A stretch of 64,000 bases of DNA from a virus (lineage: Duplodnaviria; Caudoviricetes), in IMG/VR virus record IMGVR_UViG_3300046839_000055, positions 64,001 through 128,000 of that record, one strand, 5' to 3'. The notes beneath the pieces are model-generated. The model was not told where the DNA came from. It searched no databases and saw nothing but the letters and a program-made list of their open reading frames with translations. This document shows, piece by piece, positions 58,603-64,000 of the stretch (its first letter is position 1; every line of letters begins with the position of its first letter). The position numbers and the translations under genes are program-made.

Positions 58603-59025
58603 TTGGATTACAGAAACTTTGAGGGCTATCCGGACCCGACATGCTGCGAGGCCTTGAGCCGCATCGAAATGGCGGAACGCAAGGCGCTCCGCGCGTTCCG
58701 GCCCATCATCTACGTCTGCTCGCCATACGCAGGAGACATCAAACACAACGTGGAGGCCGCACGCCGCTACTGCCGGTTCGCAGTCGAACAGGGATACATT
58801 CCGATTGCGCCGCATCTGCTGTTTCCGCAGTTCCTTGACGACACCGATCCGACTGAGCGTGAGCTCGGATTGTTCTTCGGCAATGCGCTGATGAGCAAGT
58901 GTACGGAGGTCTGGGTGTTCGGAAGACACATTTCTCGCGGCATGGCTGCGGAGATCCGGCGAGCCAGATGGAAAGGCCATCGCCTCCGCTACTTCACGGA
59001 GGATCTGAAGGAGGTGTACGACTGA
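58603..59025 (+). CDS. DUF4406-like (nucleoside deoxyribosyltransferase-like fold) protein
   Basis: YVCSPYAGD, PIAPHLLFPQF, CTEVWVFG..ISRGMAAEI. Confidence 0.75.
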   Translation: MDYRNFEGYPDPTCCEALSRIEMAERKALRAFRPIIYVCSPYAGDIKHNVEAARRYCRFAVEQGYIPIAPHLLFPQFLDDTDPTERELGLFFGNALMSKCTEVWVFGRHISRGMAAEIRRARWKGHRLRYFTEDLKEVYD

Positions 59026-61277
59026 TGTTCACCATCTATACGTCCGACGCCTACCAGCAGGAATCCAACTGCACCTACCCGCACCTAGTCCAGGTCACCG
59101 ACGAGGCGAGCTTCAGGAAAGCCGTCTCGCACGACCACGTGTGCGCCAAGTACAGGAACAACTACCGCGGCAACGAGAACTTCATCTCCTCGGACTGCCT
59201 GCCGGTCGACTGCGACAACGACCACTCAGAGAACCCGGCGGACTGGAAGACGCCAAGGGATATCGAGGCGGCGCTGCCCGGCGTGTTCTTCGCCGTCCAC
59301 TACAGCCGCCACAACAACCGGCCCAAGGACGGCAAATCCGCAAGGCCGCGCTTCCACATCTTCTTCCAGATCGACCCGATCTCAAACTACGAAGCGTATG
59401 CCGCATTGAAGCAGCTCCTACACGACATATTCCCCTACTTGGACGGGAATGCGCTCGACGCGGCACGCTTCCTCTACGGGACAAGGAACCCGGAGGTCGA
59501 GTTCCATCCCGGAGGCAAGACGCTCACGGACTTCCTGTTCGGCGACGAGTTCGACAGGGACATGCCGGGCGGCTACGAGAAGCAGGCCACGATTCCGGAG
59601 GGCAGCCGGAACAACACGATGTTCCACTGGGCAGTACGCTCCATGAAACGCTATGGCGATTCAGAGGAATCCAAGAACGCGTATTTCACGGAAGCGGAGA
59701 AATGCCAGCCGCCGCTCTCCACGGAGGAGCTGAACCACATCTGGAGAAGCGCACAGAAATACTATGCGAAGATCGCAAGCCAGCCCGGCTACGTGAGCCC
59801 GCAGGAGTACAACAATCCGGACACCGGATGGAGCGAGCCGCTGCCGTTCTCACGGTACACGATGGCGCCCTTCCCGGTCGACGCACTCCCGCAGGCGATA
59901 GCCGACTATGTTCGTGCTGTCGCGGAGAGCACGCAGACCAGCGTCGACATGGCAGGCAGCATTGCAATCAGCGTCCTGTCGACCTGTCTTCAGAAGAAGT
60001 ACCGGATTCAGGGCAAGTCCGACTGGGTGGAGCCGCTCAACACCTACGTGATCGTCATCGCACCGCCGTCCGAGAGGAAGTCGTCGGTATTGCATCTGAT
60101 GCTGCAGCCGGTCAACGACTACGAGGTCGAATACAACAAGACCAACGCCGCTGCCGTCGAGGCGGGACGCATGCAGAAGCGCGTGCTGGAGCGCAGGCAG
60201 AAGGCCCTCGAGGAGAAGGTCGCCAAGGGCAACGCCGATCCGGAGGAGCTTGAGCGCATCGCGCAGGAGGTCGCCGACTTCGAGGAAGTGAATCCGCTGC
60301 AATTGTATGTGGATGATATTACGACCGAGAAGCTCGTCTCCGTCATCGCCAGCAACCACGGCCACGCCTCGCTGATCTCCAGTGAGGGCGGCATCTTCGA
60401 CACGCTCTCCGGCATCTACACGCGGAACGTGAACATCGACGTCATGCTCAAGGGCTACTCGGGAGACACGATCCGCGTCGACCGTATCGGGCGTGACAGT
60501 GAAAGCATCATGGACCCGGCGCTCACCATCCTCCTGATGGCGCAGCCGAACGTCGTCTCCGCGGTCCTCAGCAACACGACCTTCCGCGGACGAGGGCTCA
60601 CCGCGAGGTTCCTCTACAGCATGCCCGTCTCCAGTGTGGGAAGCAGGCGCTACCGGAGCGAGGCCGTGACCGACAGTATCTACCGCGCCTATGAGCGTCT
60701 GGTGGTGAACCTGCTGGACGACGAGTACCCGGAGAAGCCGCAGACCATCACGCTCAGCCCGGAAGCCGACCGCGAGCTTGAAGCATTCGCCAACTGGCTG
60801 GAGCCCAAGCTCACCACCGGCTATGCGGAGATGGCCGACTGGGCTGGAAAGCTCGTCGGCAACGTGCTGCGCATCGCCGGGCTCCTCTGCCGGGCAGCCA
60901 CCTATCAGAGCCACGACTTCCTCGACGTCCACAGCGCACTCACCGTATCGGGCGAGACCATGCAGAATGCGATCCGGCTTGGCAGGTACTTCCTGAACCA
61001 CGCGCAGGCCGCCTACTCCGTTCTTCCCGAGGATGCGATGTACAAGAACGCCGACATGATCCTCCAGAAGCTCAAGGAGCGGAACATCGACCACTTCGAC
61101 CGGCGTGACGCCATGCGTATGTGCCGGACCTTCAAGACCGTGGAGAGCATCCAGCCGGTTCTCGACTTCCTTGAGGACTACGGATACATCGCGCAGAGGC
61201 CGCAGAAGGCATCCGGGACCGGCAGACCGCCGCTTCCCAAGTATGCCGTCAATCCGTGGCTGAAGGAGCACAAGTGA
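59025..61277 (+). CDS. Primase (AEP-like + PriCT) fused to DUF3987/YfjI helicase-like domain
   Basis: DCDNDH, RPRFH, IPEGSRNNTM, FPVDALP, APPSERKS, DDITTEKL, GLTARFL. Confidence 0.8.
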   Translation: MFTIYTSDAYQQESNCTYPHLVQVTDEASFRKAVSHDHVCAKYRNNYRGNENFISSDCLPVDCDNDHSENPADWKTPRDIEAALPGVFFAVHYSRHNNRPKDGKSARPRFHIFFQIDPISNYEAYAALKQLLHDIFPYLDGNALDAARFLYGTRNPEVEFHPGGKTLTDFLFGDEFDRDMPGGYEKQATIPEGSRNNTMFHWAVRSMKRYGDSEESKNAYFTEAEKCQPPLSTEELNHIWRSAQKYYAKIASQPGYVSPQEYNNPDTGWSEPLPFSRYTMAPFPVDALPQAIADYVRAVAESTQTSVDMAGSIAISVLSTCLQKKYRIQGKSDWVEPLNTYVIVIAPPSERKSSVLHLMLQPVNDYEVEYNKTNAAAVEAGRMQKRVLERRQKALEEKVAKGNADPEELERIAQEVADFEEVNPLQLYVDDITTEKLVSVIASNHGHASLISSEGGIFDTLSGIYTRNVNIDVMLKGYSGDTIRVDRIGRDSESIMDPALTILLMAQPNVVSAVLSNTTFRGRGLTARFLYSMPVSSVGSRRYRSEAVTDSIYRAYERLVVNLLDDEYPEKPQTITLSPEADRELEAFANWLEPKLTTGYAEMADWAGKLVGNVLRIAGLLCRAATYQSHDFLDVHSALTVSGETMQNAIRLGRYFLNHAQAAYSVLPEDAMYKNADMILQKLKERNIDHFDRRDAMRMCRTFKTVESIQPVLDFLEDYGYIAQRPQKASGTGRPPLPKYAVNPWLKEHK

Positions 61278-61298
61278 GTTTTGTCATTTCGTCCTATG

Positions 61299-61484
61299 CC
61301 TGTCCTGACCTTCAGGACAGGTTCAGGGACACGAAAACATCAGCATCCATGCGGCTTTCAGGGTTTTGTCCCTTTTGTCCGAACCCCTATAAAAAGCAAA
61401 AAAGACTTATTTATTTATTATCAATTCTTCTACAAAACCATATGGAAATACGGATAGAGGGACAAAAGCGACAAAAGGGACAAA
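61299..61484. repeat. Inverted repeats around an AT-rich core; candidate origin
   Basis: CCTGTCCTGA/TCAGGACAGG (61299-61321); 15-bp IR TTTGTCCCTTTTGTC 61365-61379 / 61470-61484. Confidence 0.65.
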
Positions 61485-61521
61485 GCCTCAAAAACGTTGA
61501 AAGCACGGAGGTTTTAACACC

Positions 61522-62079
61522 ATGAACAATTCAGGACAAGTCTTAGGCATTGACGGCCTAAAGGACAAAAGCTATCTCGCCCGCTGCCAGAAGACACTAC
61601 GCAGCTGGGGAGCACCGTTCTCCGGATGGACATGCAAGGAGATCTACGACGTACGTGATGACGACTGGAACGCACCGCTCCACGCATGCGAGCTGTGCGG
61701 CTGCACCAAGGTCCGCTACGTTCACGTCATGACGCACCCGGACTACTTCGAGGATGTATCCGTCGGCTGCATCTGCGCCGGAATCATGGAAGGCGACATC
61801 CTCGCCGCCAAGGACCGCGAACGGCTGATGAGAAACCGCTCCAAGCGGAAACGCAGCTTCCCGAAACGCAAATGGACAAGGACGACAAACGGCTGGAGTC
61901 TCACCTACCACGGAGAGCAGATCCTCATCGGGCGCAGCCGCCACAACCCGGAGCGCCTCGGCGTCAAATACAACGGCCAGTGCGTCTGGACATACAAGGG
62001 AAAGCCGATCACCGACTTCCTCTCCGCAGCCTACGCCGCATTCAACCTGGCCGACCCGGTTCCGGAGGCGAAACCATGA
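61522..62079 (+). CDS. Hypothetical zinc-binding protein
   Basis: CELCGC and GCIC motifs; RBS GGAGG. Confidence 0.7.
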   Translation: MNNSGQVLGIDGLKDKSYLARCQKTLRSWGAPFSGWTCKEIYDVRDDDWNAPLHACELCGCTKVRYVHVMTHPDYFEDVSVGCICAGIMEGDILAAKDRERLMRNRSKRKRSFPKRKWTRTTNGWSLTYHGEQILIGRSRHNPERLGVKYNGQCVWTYKGKPITDFLSAAYAAFNLADPVPEAKP

Positions 62080-62363
62080 GAAGTGAAAAGCAGATCGAGC
62101 AGAAACTCGCCAGCGAGGTGAAGCGCCGCGGCGGCATCGCGCCGAAGTTCGTCTCACCCGGCTTCGACGGGATGCCGGACCGGATCATCCTGCTGCCCGG
62201 CGCACGCATCGCCTTCGCAGAGCTCAAGGCACCCGGAAAGAAGCCAAGAAGACTGCAATATGCACGGCACCGACTCCTGCGGAAACTCGGATTCCGCGTC
62301 TATGTCATCGACAATCCAGAACAGATCGGAGGTGTGATAGATGAAATTGAAAATAGTCTGTGA
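62076..62363 (+). CDS. VRR-NUC domain nuclease
   Basis: EKQIE...GMPDR...FAELKAPG. Confidence 0.9.
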   Translation: MRSEKQIEQKLASEVKRRGGIAPKFVSPGFDGMPDRIILLPGARIAFAELKAPGKKPRRLQYARHRLLRKLGFRVYVIDNPEQIGGVIDEIENSL

Positions 62364-62853
62364 TTGGTGCGGACGTGAATTCTTCCGAGATTCAGCCCAG
62401 CTTAAAGGCAAGAAGCACCACTTCTGCAGCAGACAATGCCTCGCGGATTTCAGCAGCAAAGCGAAGAACCCAGACGGCTATGCCAGCCTCAAGGACTTCA
62501 CTAACATAAGCCAGCACATAACAAAGCTAAACGAGGAACTCAACCCGGATCGTATGACGCCTGAGACCAAGGAGAAACTCAGAGAATCCCGCCTCGGAAA
62601 AGGCAGATGCGACGGTTATTCCAAAATCCATGGACTCGCCGCACATCGCGTCGTAGCTGAACAGATGCTTGGAAGGTCATTGATGCCCGGAGAAGTCGTA
62701 CACCATCGTGACGGAAACCGATACAACAATTCTCCCGAGAATCTGGTCGTTTTTCCGTCGCAAAGTGCACACGCTCACCACCACAGCGAATTGAGATGGT
62801 TCATCAAGCAGATAAAAGAAATGGAGGCCGAAGAAAATGCAAAAACTAAGTGA
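62341..62853 (+). CDS. HNH endonuclease with N-terminal zinc finger
   Basis: CDWCG..FCSRQC; HRVVAE...VVHHRDGNRYNNSPENL. Confidence 0.85.
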   Translation: MKLKIVCDWCGREFFRDSAQLKGKKHHFCSRQCLADFSSKAKNPDGYASLKDFTNISQHITKLNEELNPDRMTPETKEKLRESRLGKGRCDGYSKIHGLAAHRVVAEQMLGRSLMPGEVVHHRDGNRYNNSPENLVVFPSQSAHAHHHSELRWFIKQIKEMEAEENAKTK

Positions 62854-64000
62854 CCTTCATTCCTACCAGAAATACTGCGTCTCCTATATCGAGACTCACA
62901 ACACAGCTGCCATCTTCCTTGATTGCGGTCTTGGGAAAACCATCATCACGCTGACTGCTGCCGTCGACCTTCTGTTTGACAGCTTCGAGGTCAGCCGGAT
63001 TCTCGTAGTCGCGCCTCTTCGAGTGGCCCGCGACACCTGGCCCGCTGAAATCAGGAAATGGGAGCACCTCTCCGGTCTCACCTACGCCGTTGCAGTCGGA
63101 ACCGCACGGGAACGCAAGGCGGCACTCATGCAACAGGCGGATATTACGATCATCAACCGGGAGAACCTTGGATGGCTGATCGACGACTCCGGCATTCCCT
63201 TCACCTACGACATGGTGGTATTGGACGAGCTCTCCTCCTTCAAGAACCACAAGTCAAAGCGGTTCCGCGCCCTGATGAAGGTCAGGCCCAAGGTGAAGCG
63301 GATCATCGGCCTCACCGGCACGCCATCAAGCAACGGATTGATGGATCTGTGGGCGGAGTTCAAGGTGCTGGACAAGGGAGAACGTCTCGGACGCTTCATC
63401 ACCCAGTACCGGACGGCCTACTTCATGCCCGACAAGCGTAACGGCGAGATCGTCTACTCCTACAAGCCTTTGCCGCACGCAGAGGACTCCATCTACCGGA
63501 GAATCGGCGATATCACGATCAGCATGAAGTCCGCCGACCACCTCAAGATGCCGGAGCTCATCTCCACACAATACGAGGTGCAGCTGTCCGCCGACGAGCG
63601 CGAACGGTACGAGGAGCTGAAGAACGATCTGGTGCTGGAGCTTCGCGGCGACGAAATCACAGCCGCAAACGCTGCAACCCTGACCGGGAAGCTCTCCCAG
63701 CTCGCCAATGGAGCCATCTATTCCGATGACGGCAAGATCATCGAATTCCACGACCGGAAGCTCGACGCATTGGAGGACATCATCGAAGCCGCAAACGGCA
63801 AGCCGCTCCTCGTCGCCTACTGGTTCCGACACGACCTCGAGAGAATCCGCCGACGCTTCAACGTCCGGGAGATCAAGACATCCGCAGACATTGCGGACTG
63901 GAATGCCGGGAATATTCCCGTTGCGGTCATCCATCCTGCTTCTGCCGGGCATGGTCTCAACCTGCAGGCTGGCGGTTCGACACTTGTCTGGTTCGGGCTC
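62837..64000 (+). CDS. SNF2-family helicase (runs off window)
   Basis: Hand translation MQKLSDLHSYQ...FLDCGLGKT, LDELSSFK, GLTGTP, GHGLNLQ. Confidence 0.9.
   Translation, partial: MQKLSDLHSYQKYCVSYIETHNTAAIFLDCGLGKTIITLTAAVDLLFDSFEVSRILVVAPLRVARDTWPAEIRKWEHLSGLTYAVAVGTARERKAALMQQADITIINRENLGWLIDDSGIPFTYDMVVLDELSSFKNHKSKRFRALMKVRPKVKRIIGLTGTPSSNGLMDLWAEFKVLDKGERLGRFITQYRTAYFMPDKRNGEIVYSYKPLPHAEDSIYRRIGDITISMKSADHLKMPELISTQYEVQLSADERERYEELKNDLVLELRGDEITAANAATLTGKLSQLANGAIYSDDGKIIEFHDRKLDALEDIIEAANGKPLLVAYWFRHDLERIRRRFNVREIKTSADIADWNAGNIPVAVIHPASAGHGLNLQAGGSTLVWFGL

Larger units (their letters stand above)
36827..64000. mobile_element. Prophage-like element (defence arm plus replication module; continues beyond window)
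   Basis: sigma-DUF2800-DUF2815-polA-primase-VRR-NUC-SNF2 order; no structural genes visible in window. Confidence 0.75.

Noticed and set aside
57439-61271. Long minus-strand ORFs (513 aa, 473 aa) and alternative-frame 370-aa ORF
   Set aside because: Shadows of the polymerase and primase genes caused by high GC3
62341-62853. Group I intron around the HNH gene
   Set aside because: The ORF overlaps both neighbours, leaving no room for a ribozyme core
1-64000. Retron, DGR, group II intron, tRNA or rRNA
   Set aside because: No reverse transcriptase motif in any ORF and no recognisable structural RNA gene found by eye

Overview
The whole window is mobile DNA of Bacillota (Clostridia-like) type, with no housekeeping, rRNA, tRNA or CRISPR features. 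(1) 1-36826 is a Tn1549/CTn-like ICE on the minus strand (repA, parA, parB, pcfB, virD4, maff2, virB6, prgI, virB4, NlpC/P60, RadC-ArdC, topB, mobC, relaxase running off the left edge). Two elements are nested in it. A triple tyrosine-recombinase RIT element (~4935-9082) splits the RadC/ArdC gene. A ~12.5 kb serine-recombinase IME (~17055-29552) splits maff2 and carries an Lsa-family ABC-F with a uORF/terminator attenuator, an Lnu(A)-like nucleotidyltransferase and a P-loop kinase. (2) An orphan rumA/rlmD 3' end (SHVETIVLLSR) at 36782-36826 marks the junction with (3) a prophage-like element, 36827->64000. Its left arm is a ~15.5 kb minus-strand defence cluster: ABC three-component/Lamassu-like trio, Xre HTH, type I RM with a four-site hsdS shufflon, GmrSD-like protein with a damaged DGQQR motif, and a small helical protein plus HEPN-like protein. 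The early/replication module diverges from it: sigma-like factor, DUF2800, DUF2815, family A polymerase, primase-DUF3987, VRR-NUC, HNH, SNF2. The strongest novelty candidate is the ABC-3C trio. Its effector subunit appears to carry an Xre-like HTH instead of a nuclease and sits in the repressor slot of the prophage, next to operator-like repeats, a structured RBS-occluding leader and a probable sigma-dependent promoter pair. All family calls come from motif recognition by eye; no database search was run.
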